Assembly (NCBI GenBank): GCA_002269645.1
Contig: NIVC01000023.1
Span: 930,001 to 994,000, forward strand
Reading direction: 5' to 3'
Length of the DNA stretch: 64,000 bases
Source: Macrostomum lignano
Lineage: Eukaryota
Each line of letters opens with the position of its first letter. Position 1 is the first letter of the stretch. The position numbers and the translations under genes were made by a program. This document shows, piece by piece, positions 1-17,179 of this stretch. Below the pieces are notes generated by a model, which saw only the letters and a list, made by a program, of their open reading frames with translations, did no database searches and was not told the DNA's origin.

Positions 1-2
1 TA

Positions 3-3000
3 CTAAGCATATTCATTGGCAATGGCGTACAGATGCTGTGCATGACTCTAATCACGCTGACATTTGCCTGTCTCGGCTTTCTAAGCCCAGCCAATCGAGG
101 CGCCCTAATGACTTGCGCCCTGGTGCTGTACGTCCTGCTTGGCGCACCGGCTGGTTTCGCTTCGGCTCGACTCTACAAACTATTCGGGGGTATTCATTGG
201 AAACTGCACGTTTTGCTAACCGCCCTGCTGTGCCCCGGCCTGGTCTTTACAATCTTTTTGGTGCTCAATCTGGTACTGTGGGAGCAGGGCAGCTCAGCTG
301 CGGTGCCATTCACTACTATTGTTGCTATGCTGGCTCTGTGGTTTGGCGTGTCCGTGCCGCTCTGCTTTCTCGGAGCTTATTTCGGTTTTAAACAGCCACC
401 AATTAGTGTACCAGTGCGGACCAATCAGATTCCGAGGCAGGTGCCAGAACAGTCGTTCTATACTAGACCTCTGCCTGGCATTCTAATGGGCGGCATACTG
501 CCGTTTGGCTGCATCTTTATCCAGCTATTCTTTATACTCAATTCCATTTGGGGACCCGATGTAAGTGTTAATATTTTTATTATGTCTTTTAGGCCTGGCT
601 GTAAACTATTTAATGAGTGAAGAAAATCTAGTCAGAAGAAATCTTCAATTAGTCAGGAGAAATCTTCAATTAGTCAGGGGAAATCTTCAATTAGTCAGGA
701 GAAATCTTCAATTAGTCAGGGGAAATCTCCAATTAGTCAGGAGAAATCTTCAATTAGTCAGGGGAAATCTTTAATTAGTCAGGGGAAATCTTCAATTAGT
801 CAGGGGAAATCTTCAATTAGTCAGGGGAAATCTTCAATTAGTCAGGGGAAATCTTCAATTAGTCAGGGGAAATCTCCAATTAGTCAGGAGAAATCTTCAA
901 TTAGTCAGGGGAAATCTTCAATTAGTCAGGAGAAATCTCCAATTAGTCAGGAGAAATCTCCAATTAGTCAGGAGAAATCTTTAATTTAGTCAGGAGAAAT
1001 CTTTAATTAGTCAGGGGAAATCTTCAATTAGTCAGGAGAAATCTCCAATTAGTCAGGGGAAATCTTTAATTAGTCATGAGAAATCTTTAATTAGTCATGA
1101 GAAATCTTTAATTAGTCAGGGGAAATCTTTAATTTAGTCAGGAGAAATCTTTAATTAGTCATGAGAAATCTTCAATTAGTCAGGGGAAATCTCCAATTAG
1201 TCAGGAGAAATCTTCAATTAGTCAGGGGAAATCTTCAATTAGTCAGGGGAAATCTTTAATTAGTCAGGGGAAATCTTTAATTAGTCAGGGGAAATCTTCA
1301 ATTAGTCAGGTGAAATCTTCAATTAGTCAGAAGAAATCTTCAATTAGTCAGGAGAAATCTTCAATTAGTCAGGGGAAATCTTCAATTAGTCAGGGGAAAT
1401 CTTTAATTAGTCAGGGGAAATCTTTAATTAGTCAGGGGAAATCTTTAATTAGTCAGGGGAAATCTCCAATTAGTCAGGAGAAATCTTCAATTAGTCAGGA
1501 GAAATCTTCAATTAGTCAGGAGAAATCTTCAATTAGTCAGAAGAAATCTTCAATTAGTCAGGAGAAATCTTCAATTAGTCAGGAGAAATCTTCAATTAGT
1601 CAGGAGAAATCTTCAATTAGTCAGGGGAAATCTCCAATTAGTCAGGGGAAATCTTCAATTAGTCATGAGAAATCTCCAATTAGTCAGGAGAAATCTTTAA
1701 TTTAGTCAGGAGAAATCTCCAATTAGCCGCAGTAGGCCTGGCCGGAAGCCATCAGCATCATGAGCATGATCCCAACAATGCCATCCAAACACAGGTGTAC
1801 TACATGTTCGGCTTCCTGTTCTTGGTGTTCCTCATCCTGTTAGTGACCTGCTCGGAGGCCACAATCCTGCTGTGCTATTTCCACCTGTGCACAGAGGACT
1901 ATAACTGGTGGTGGAGGGCTTTTCTTACCTCCGGCTGCACCGCTATGTACCTGCTCATCTATTCGGTGCATTATTTCTTTGCCAAAATGGAGATTGTTGG
2001 CGGCGCCTCGATATTTCTGTACTTTGGCTACACTCTCATCATTGTGCTGCTGTTATTTCTACTTACCGGTGAGTATTGTGCAGCACTGAGTTTGTTTAAA
2101 GCGTCAGAATAACTGTGCCATTTGGCATACATGGATCCGAGTGGGTCCGAGCAACTGACAGCTCAGCCGCAGCTATTTGCGCGGCGCATCTGAAGGCTGT
2201 GTACGTCTGTTCAGTTCAAGGACTGGGGCCGGGGTCGCCACACACCCTCAATTCTCCGCTGGCACCCATTTTACAGCTGGGTGAACTGAAGCAATGCAGA
2301 GTTAAGTGTCTTGCTCAAAGGACACGAATTGTTTCGAGTTGGCTGACAATCGAACCCCCGACCATTTAGTCATGAGTCCGATGCTCTGACCACTAGGCTA
2401 CAACCTCCTGGGTCGGTCCGGAGAAAACATACGAGTATTGCATCCAGCTTAAAAGAAATTGCAAGAAATTAAAGTTGATGCGTCATTACATACGCAATGA
2501 CATTTTTTCGTTTGGTATCTGTTTCAAACTTTTGAGTTGAAGCCTTTTGGGCGTCTGATCTTGAGGCGTCCGACTTTCTGCATTAATTTTGACAATCGTG
2601 CATAGCGATTATTGGCATGGGGTGGGGCAAGTGGCTTATAGCAAATATTGTTGTTGAGTTCTCTCCCGGAGTACGCGCCATGTTGCACAGTTGTCGCGCA
2701 TAATATAAACGGCAGTTAAAGCGAATCAACATATTGTTGTTTCTGACTGTCGTTGAGGGCTCGCATATGATTGAGTTGGATGCATGCTCACTAACTATTC
2801 TTTGCTGAAGTTTTTTCGTCACGTTTATTTGCACTTTTTCTTAATCCTACCACGAGAAAAACAAACAATGTCGCATAATTCCTTTGGGGTAAATAATCCA
2901 GTGCAATTTTTGCTGCAAAATGGCAATAAGGAGATTATAAAACTGTCTGTTTTTTTCTCAGCACTTAATTCCCAAATATCTCACCTTGGGGTTTTTTCGA

Positions 3001-3623
3001 ATCGCAATTGTAGGAGTGCAGTAGCCTACATGTGTAGGCTATTGGTTATTTCAATTTTGTTTTTAGTGGAATTTTACATGCTAGGGATTTGGTAGTTCGC
3101 TGCCGTCAGGTTCCTGCCGTTCCTTTAATCCTATCACGTGAATTGAATCCTAGACGATCCCGACGAACAAGGGCCCCCAACTGCTTTTTACTTGCAGGAA
3201 ATCCCACAATACCTTAACTAAACTGTCTACTGACATTTCTGGGACTGACACTACTAATAGTAGCGTAAAAGCTAATCTTCGTTTACCCCTTAAACTATGC
3301 CTTCACTACAGAAGCATATATTTCTTCTAAGGTCGATTTACAAGTTTCTTAAATGAAAAATTGAAAAAGATATTATTAAAGAGTGCATTGCAACGCTTAA
3401 ACTAGCAGATTTGTGTTTTCTGAATGAATTTCGCGAAGATTTGCTATTGCGCTTATGTTGCTCATGCTGCTGTGTACGCTGGCTCATTGAGATGTTGAAG
3501 CACATGACTTACACTTACATGCACTTAACGCGCACTTAATCCTCTCAAATTGCAGGATCCATTGGCTTCTTCGCCGCGTTCTGGTTCGTTAGGAAGATCT
3601 ATAGTGCCGTGAAAGTCGACTAA
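3..3623 (+). CDS. TM9SF2: Transmembrane 9 superfamily member 2 (nonaspanin), 5'-partial; exons <3-560, 1795-2068, 3556-3623
   Basis: Translation matches the TM9SF2 C-terminal half: FACLGFLSPANRGALMT, VRTNQIPRQVPEQSFY, GGILPFGCIFIQLFFILNSIW, YYMFGFLFLVF, and ends KIYSAVKVD*. GT-AG introns 561-1794 (phase 0) and 2069-3555 (phase 1) are phase-consistent. Confidence 0.95.
620..1727. repeat. 21-bp minisatellite (AAATCTTCAATTAGTCAGGRG), ~50 units, in TM9SF2 intron
   Basis: Tandem units visible directly; source of spurious ORFs 565-774 and 1310-1705. Confidence 0.95.
2130..2408 (-). mobile_element. tRNA-derived SINE with CORE-like domain, in TM9SF2 intron
   Basis: Minus strand: A box TAGCCTAGTGG (2400-2390) and B box GGTTCGATTG (2356-2347), then GTGTCCTTTGAGCAAGACACTTAAC...CAGTTCACCCAGCTGTAAAATGGG, resembling the CORE domain of MIR/AFC-type SINEs. 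The 3' boundary is approximate. Confidence 0.7.
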
Positions 3624-4619
3624 GCTCTGACGTACTCTGACTTTGATGTTCATTTTTTCTAACAAAAAATAACAGCACACCTAGTGATAGCGATATGGAA
3701 ATGCTGCTGAGATTCTTGTGTCAGTGATACGTCATGTTTTTTTTTAACTGACTATGTCGAAATGAAGTGCTGTGGAGTGCTTTTTTCTTATATTTGTATC
3801 TAATCGCCGTGTGTTAAAGTTCGTTATAAAGTTTTAATAGATATTCATATGTTGCACATTAGATCCAAAGTTCTAGTAGGACTTTTTGTTTTTTTTCCTT
3901 ATTTTTATTCTTCTTTGTCTCCTACTAATCTCAGTAAAACGACATACATATAGAGAAATTTTTATCAGATTTCTTCGTTTTTTAATGAACAAAACCGGAT
4001 CGAAATAATTTTTGAGTATATGAATTTTTGTTTTGCATTGCACACTACCCCAGTTTTTTATACTTCGCTAACAGCTCCTGTATGTCAAATCTGTGTTTAT
4101 TTTGCGTTTTGTGCTCTATTTAATTTCTTTATCGCCAGTCTGTACACGTCAATATCACTACTATCAAAGGTATCACTTGTTTTCTGTGCCAAAAAAAGCA
4201 ACAAAGGAAGCAGAAATGCGAACAATAGCTATGTTGATCAATCTTTTTGTGTCGAATGCGGTGCGTTCCGAATTGGATCTAAATGGCTTTTTCTGTTTAG
4301 TGTGGCTATGTTATACTTTAGCTACTCATTTTAATGGTTGGATAGGCTAACAGAAAGCTTTCGTTTCTGTTTCTGCATCGACTAACACAAAGGTTTAACA
4401 ATATATGGATTTAGAAATTTTAAGCACCAAGCTCTACTTAAAGCTCTCTTTAAAAAGCAATCACTATATGCGTTTTTATTTGTTTGACTTATTGATTAAA
4501 TTGCTTTCGCTTTAACACGTCAGTACATACTTGACCCCATGCTTGACATGCTTGACTTCAGCTATAACCCCCAGCTCAGTAGCTATGTGCAGTCCAGTTT
4601 GTTGCACTCCTGCAAGGCA

Positions 4620-5545
4620 CTCTAATAGGCAACAGCTGTGTTTTGTTGCAGTCCAACAAGGCACTCCAATAGGCAATAGCTGTTTTGTTGCAGTCCAACA
4701 AGGCACTCCAATAGGCAATAGCTGTTTTGTTGCAGTCCAACAAGGCACTCCAATAGGCAATAGCTGTTTTGTTGCAGTCCAACAAGGCACTAATAGGCAA
4801 TAGCTGTTTTGTTGCAGTCCAACAAGGCACTCCAATAGGCAATAGCTGTTTTGTTGCAGTCCAACAAGGTACTCCAATGCGCCATAGTTGTGGTTCGTTT
4901 GTTGCAGTCCAACAAGGCACTCCAATGGGCAATAGTTGTGGTTCGTTTGTTGCAGTCCAACAAGGCACTCCAATAGGCAATAGCTGTTTTGTTGCAGTCC
5001 AACAAGGCACTCCAATAGGCAATAGCTGTTTTGTTGCAGTCCAACAAGGCACTCCAATAGGCAATAGCTGTTTTGTTGCAGTCCAACAAGGCACTCCAAT
5101 AGGCAATAGCTGTTTTGTTGCAGTCCAACAAGGTACTCCAATAGGCAATAGCTGTTTTGTTGCAGTCCAACAAGGCACTCCAATAGGCAATAGCTGTGTT
5201 TTGTTGCAGTCCAACAAGGCACTCCAATAGGCAATAGCTGTTTTGTTGCAGTCTAACAAGGTACTCTAATGCGCCATAGTTGTGGTTCGTTTGTTGCAGT
5301 CCAACAAGGCACTCCAATGGGCAATAGTTGTGGTTCGTTTGTTGCAGTCCAACAAGGCACTCCAATGGGCAATAGTTGTGGTTCGTTTGTTGCAGTCCAA
5401 CAAGGCACTCCAATGGGCAATAGTTGTGGTTCGTTTGTTGCAGTCCAACAAGGCACTCCAATGGGCAATAGTTGTGGTTCGTTTGTTGCAGTCCAACAAG
5501 GCACTCCAATGGGCAATAGTTGTGGTTCGTTTGTTGCAGTCTAGC
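4620..5545. repeat. 42/48-bp minisatellite (TTGCAGTCCAACAAGGCACTCCAATAGGCAATAGCTGTTTTG and a 48-bp variant)
   Basis: Tandem units visible; lies between the convergent 3' ends of TM9SF2 and the FoxG-like gene. Confidence 0.95.
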
Positions 5546-5754
5546 AAGGCACTTGGTGTGATTTATTCTCCTGATATTAACCCCAAGTGTGGTTTGGTCA
5601 GCCTAACAAGATACTCCATTCGTTATGCAGAATTTCCCGGCTATTCATAATTACGTAAAAGCAAGAAGCAGGCAAATTTCATATTGATTTTAAAACACGT
5701 TCTGGTTCTGCTAAAATTAGTTCCTTCTGTAACAATATAGAATTCGAACTCCTA

Positions 5755-6462
5755 TCAAATGGAGAATCCGAGTTGTTTAATCCAGAGAAAATTAGTCGGT
5801 GGCCAATAGAAACACTTTTCGCTCTCATCTGGCCATTGTTGCTGTTGAATGCGACACATATGTTGCAGGACTTGTAACCGATAGTGCAATTGCAGCAGCT
5901 CTTTTTCATGTCGAATATCGTCTTTTACTGCTAACGTCAATTGCTGCTGCTTGCAGATTTCTGTTCGGCGATGACGCTGCAGTTTGCCAGAGTCGGCGCT
6001 GATAAACACGCTGTCTCGACAGGCCGGATCCAGCGTCCAGTAGCTGCCTCTACCGGCGCCGCCGACCCCTTTAGGCAACCGGACGAAGCACTTATTAAGC
6101 GACAGATTGTGCCGAATTGAATTCTGCCAGCCTCGTTTGAATTTTTCGCTGCAGATTCTATAATAGGCAAAATTTGTTTGAATGTAGTTGTAGATGCTTG
6201 ACAAGGTGAGCCGTTGGTCCTTGCTGCTACTGATGGCCAGCATAATCAGCGCATTATAGCTATATGGCGGTCGTTTGCTCCCGTTTTCTGCTGCAGGAGA
6301 CAAGATTGCTTTCGTGCTTCTTTGATCTTCTTTCTCGTGCACGCCAAGTACGCTGCGAATGGAGAAGCTTCCTCTAAAGTGCTCCGAAGTCGAGTCTTTC
6401 TGTTTTCGGCGCTCCATACTGTGTAAGTTTTTGGTCTGAGAAAGTAAGCTGAATTTGTGCAT
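5755..6462 (-). CDS. foxG: Forkhead box transcription factor, FoxG-like, intronless
   Basis: Forkhead domain [14 protein letters not shown]...LTLSSIY...[18 protein letters not shown]...[10 protein letters not shown], followed by the FoxG-type tail [13 protein letters not shown]-terminal eh1-like motif FSIRSVL. First in-frame ATG at 6462 (the ORF-track start at 6489 is TTG). Confidence 0.8.
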   Translation of the reverse strand: MHKFSLLSQTKNLHSMERRKQKDSTSEHFRGSFSIRSVLGVHEKEDQRSTKAILSPAAENGSKRPPYSYNALIMLAISSSKDQRLTLSSIYNYIQTNFAYYRICSEKFKRGWQNSIRHNLSLNKCFVRLPKGVGGAGRGSYWTLDPACRDSVFISADSGKLQRHRRTEICKQQQLTLAVKDDIRHEKELLQLHYRLQVLQHMCRIQQQQWPDESEKCFYWPPTNFLWIKQLGFSI

Positions 6463-9376
6463 CTGCTTTTGTAGAGGAGAAGCAACCAATGGAAAATGTT
6501 AGCCTAAGGAAAAGTTTCCCTAGTCTTTTCCCATTTTTCCTTTCGTGTACGTAAGTGTAACTTCATAAAGGGAGAACTTTTTCTAACTACCGAGGAAGCA
6601 AGCTTTGACTCAGTGACAAGTTGCGAAGGAAAAATGTTTTCTAAAGAAATCATATTTTTGTTTGAGTGTTGCAACTAGCTATTTCCGAAGTTGTAACGTA
6701 TACACAGATTGACAGCTGCTCAGCGGGAGGTGGCAACTGAAACTTTTTTATCTAGACTGCTTGGTGGACCTCCCGTTGTGCGACCGTCGAAGTCTCTGTG
6801 TTCCGCGTTATGCAGCAAAAGGTCATCCAATTATTAACCCAATCAGAGGCTTCGAGTGTAGTAGAGGTTGGTGTCAGTCAGTCAATCAGTCACTCTGTAG
6901 TATTGCCTTCTGATGAAACTGTGCTCCGAGCTTCACACGAATGCAGTATGTACAAGGTATGTTTCCTAAACAAAATTGGAGTCTTTTGTAACTGTTTTAA
7001 CAGTTTCTATGAGCATAAATACTTAACGACATTAAAAAGTCGCCACCTTTGAGTGCGCAGTAAATTCTAGCTCAGTATTGACTTTTGAGTGACGCAACCT
7101 GCGTAACGTGATGCAGAGTTTGGCTGGGTGAGGAGGGATTGGGAAGAGCGGGGGCGAAGATTGGATGAATTGAAGCTTCCGATCGGTTTTCATTATTTTT
7201 TCAAGCATTTCTTTATATCAAAATGGTTGGCCAGGTGATAAGACGCTGGTCGAAAGACACTGCTCACTGGGGCAAAGGGCGGCGACTTTTCAATGTTGCT
7301 AAGTATCTTTTGCTGGATCACTACGAAGGTCCAACTGGTGTTAACCACCCAGAAGTACTATCCAACCTAATTAGGTTCTCAACGAGCTATTATTTGGTTT
7401 ATTGTGTTGACCTGATGGGTTGGAACGCGTTTCGGGTAATGAGAGCATATGAGAGCATAGTGCAGAAATGGGAAATTAAACAATCATTTTAATATTATAG
7501 GATTGTGAAGTGTAAGATACTGAAGTAATATAAGAATTGGACGGTGTAATGATTGTGAGGAAAGGCACAGGTGTCGATTTGCCGAGACTCGAGAGTATAG
7601 TTAAAAATGCGTTATGTGCAGTGCAATTTTCCTTGTTTACCTACTTTAAGTAGTAAACTATAGAGAACTATCGATATTAGACTTACAGGTGCGAAACAGC
7701 TTACAACCAATTCCAGTCAAGCTCAAGCAAAGAAAAAATCAAAATGACTAAATCCATTGGCATTGCTTAAAATTCGATCAATCGATTCGATTTAATCTCG
7801 GCAATGGCGAAGACGTGACTCATATATTTCCCCTTAAAATATAAGCGCGCGCGGGTGCTCTTGTCCGTTTGTAAGATTGTGGGGGAAACAAAATCAATAT
7901 TTTTTCGGTTACTAAAAATAGAGCATTGAACATTTTATTAACACCGGGATTTTATTCGTCTAGCAAAAATCTGTGAGCAGGGCAGAGAATATATACAGAG
8001 AATATTGGGCAGGGCTAATGGCTCAAGCTCAAACTGGTTAGTGCCTGTGTTAGCAGTCAAGTCAGTCAGTACGTTCGTAGTAAAGAATAGTAGCGGAAAA
8101 TTAAAGCGTTAAAGACTTAGACGTGCATTATATTATTAATACTCAGATAAAAAACCTAAAAAACTAGCGCAAATCAGACAGAACAGAACAAGCGACAGGT
8201 TTTTCTTACGCAAAGAAAGTGATCAGGACTAATAAAAAATACTCTGGGGGTCGGGCTGGGCGACGGGGACAGACAAGAATGGAGAGAAAGCCCGCTATGT
8301 ACATACAGATTATATGATCCTAGAGAGCTATGTACATTAACCCCTAACCGAGGCCCCAGTTAGTCAGAATTTGAGTGTACCGTACGCACCAAATTTTCTC
8401 ACTTTGCTCCAGGCCCCCCATGGCGCGCTGTTAGGACCAGACCTTGACTGAGTGTGCGCGAACGATCAATTCAAGTCAAGCCACCCCACTCCGCCCCACC
8501 CGATACAATAGATATAGCCTTTTTTCTGACTAAAAGTTAACCCCGCCCGTTTTGTTCCGTCATGCGTCGCAAATTGTAAAGCCTTTACTTTCTGGCCTAT
8601 CTGCGACTCTTCAGTCTTCGTCATTGCAAGGATCGTAAAAACCAATTAAAAAAGACAAAAATTACGAGTACTCGTAGCTTAAAGAAAAGCAGCCTTTTGC
8701 GAATCCGCATTTCGCAGCCTATCGATTAGAGAAGGTCGAAGAAAAAACATCGACGTTAATTAGGTCGAAGGTCGACCCGACGACCTACAGCAGGTTAGCT
8801 ATAATTGCGCGTATAACTTTAGGAACTTGAGCTAGCTAATTTATAACTGTCTTAGAATCATAGACATACTGTAGGCTTAATTATAAGTTGTTGCGATTTA
8901 TCTGTTCTCCGATAATTTTATTAAACAAATAAATAACCAAAATAAAATTTTACAACTGCAGTAAGTGCGGCTAAACTTTTCTACGAATCAAAGGAGAGGA
9001 ATCTGATTCCATATTTGGTAAGTGCATGAGATTAGAAGTTAAAATTAATTACCTAATTTCAAGGATAACCGTTTAAATAACTGCTTTTACTCGTAGGTTC
9101 GTAGAAAATGAAACTAAGAAAACAAATACGCCAGCCAAGGAACTAATATTTTAATTTAAAAAAGTAAATTGAGTATATATAGTATTATAAAATAAAATTT
9201 ACTTTTATTAAATTCATCCAGGCATCCGAGGCTCCAAACAATCTCAATAATAAAAACCAGAAAAGGCCTCGTCGGCATTAGTCGTTAATTTTCTTTAACG
9301 AATCGTGAGAATTGTAAAGCTAATTTCTGCTCGTCCACCGAATAAAAAGAATCAGTTATTATTTACAACTTGAAGC

Positions 9377-15300
<5,924 letters not shown>

Positions 15301-16465
15301 ATGAATTTATTTAGCTGTTTTAAAATGAGAAAGAGATTTCATAACTGTTCAATATTGATATTGATGCCCGCTTCTATGTGTGTACCGTTTTCATTGGCTG
15401 TATTTTTACCGAATAACATACATGCGCAACCACCTGATTTACACTTTTTGACAAAAATGCGACTTACCTATAACAGAAACCCTAAAGCCAAATTAACGCT
15501 ATTTTGGATAAACGGGAAGAGTAACTATAACTGTCTTAATAACGCTAAATGCCTCGTCAGCTAATTAATACTCTGTCTATTTTTCCGTGTGGGCATCTTT
15601 GCGACTTGGATTGGCTGAACCCTTTGCCGGATCAAAGAATAATATCAGATAGTTGATGCCAATTAAATGCTTGAAATTTTTACATTCCAAACAGACTTCA
15701 CATCTAGACAAACTTGAACAAAGGCACGGTCAAGTTAATGGTGCAATCGCCCAATTTATTGCCAGTATATAACTCGTATGGTTTTTATTGCTTTGTTAAA
15801 TGATTTACTCAACATATCGGTGGTGCGTCTCTTTTTTGTCAATTAATAATTCTAGACTTTTCCAAGCAACTTCAGTAACAAAACTTCAGACTTCCAATGT
15901 GTAAATATGCTATATTGTTCAACTGAGTCATTTTATGCACCTATTTTAATTACAAATGAGAGCTCTATAATAAGATATTTCTTAGATTTTCGCTTAAGTT
16001 TTTATTGTTTTAATCTGTTAAGAATAACTTTTACCTTCCCTGATAGAGTAGTTTTTGGTTTTTATTCAAAACAGTTTTTGTTCAGCTTTTCGTAGTTTAT
16101 TTGTTCTTATTTCGCAATTGTTATTTCATGCTACTAAAGGCGCGAAGTTAGTAGCATAGTATGTGCATATTTGCTATATTTATTTAGGTTTATTCCTATG
16201 TCACGATCTTATAAATATTCAAACGTTATATTCAGGATTTGCTAATGAATTTTATTGAGCAGTTTTTTTGAATACAACCCCAAATATATGACCCGTCTTG
16301 ATTTATGTTAATAATTACGATTTTGACTATTCTTTACCTAATGAATCACATTCTGATCTAGTAAGTAATATGTAAGTAGTATGTTTAGCATTTAAATTGA
16401 CTTTCGGAGCAGTACGCTCGTAGTGTAGACAAGATTTTCATCTGAAAGGGGCAGGGTCACGAGCG

Positions 16466-16850
16466 AGCCACAAGCAAGATTTTATCGCCACAAGCAAGAT
16501 TTTAGCGCCACAAGCAAGATTTTAGCGCTACAAGCAAGATTTTAGCGCTACAAGCAAGATTTTAGCGCCGCAAGCAAGATTTTAGCGCTACAAGCAAGAT
16601 TTTAGCGCCGCAAGCAAGATTTTAGCGCTACAAGCAAGATTTTAGCGCCGCAAGCAAGATTTTAGCGCTACAAGCAAGATTTTGGCGCCGCAAGCCAGAT
16701 TTTAGCGCTACAAGCAAGATTTTAGCGCTACAAGCAAGATTTTATCGCCACAAGCAAGATTTTAGCGCCGCAAGCAAGATTTTAGCGCTACAAGCAAGTT
16801 TTTAGCGCCGCAAGCAAGATTTTAGCACTACAAGCAAGATTCTAGCGCCA
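16466..16850. repeat. 20-bp minisatellite (CAAGCAAGATTTTAGCGCTA), between PRC1 and the GH63 gene
   Basis: About 19 units visible. Confidence 0.95.
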
Positions 16851-17179
16851 TGGGTAAGGTTTTCGCGCCAATTTAGCCCTAAAAATTGAGTCTAAAGTTC
16901 TCTGTGTCATTGTACGAGCGTATGTACGTTAAAATGTCAATACAACTTTATCTCTGGCTTAATAGATAGGTTTGCCAGTAGAAAGAAATGACTGCAAACT
17001 TCTTTGAGAGTGTTATCAGAGAAACCGCATTGTGCTGTCCTCTAAATGCAGTTAATTTCTATTTAATGCATGTCCGCTCGCATTCTCAGTTTGCTGATAA
17101 ACAAGAGGGAGACTTAGAAGTGTCTACTAGAAGCAGAAGACTATAGCTTTAGTCGTAGAAGTATAGAAGAATTGCAACA

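Noticed and set aside
1736-1794. In-frame extension GSHQHHEHDPNNAIQTQ as extra TM9SF2 coding sequence
   Set aside because: The upstream AGs (1732, 1735) are out of phase with the 560 donor, and the 1794 acceptor gives exact colinearity with TM9SF2 (WGPD|VYY versus WSHQMYY).
2340-2408. tRNA gene (also at 20984-21050)
   Set aside because: A and B boxes are present, but the sequence continues into a SINE body without a matching acceptor stem; treated as SINE heads.
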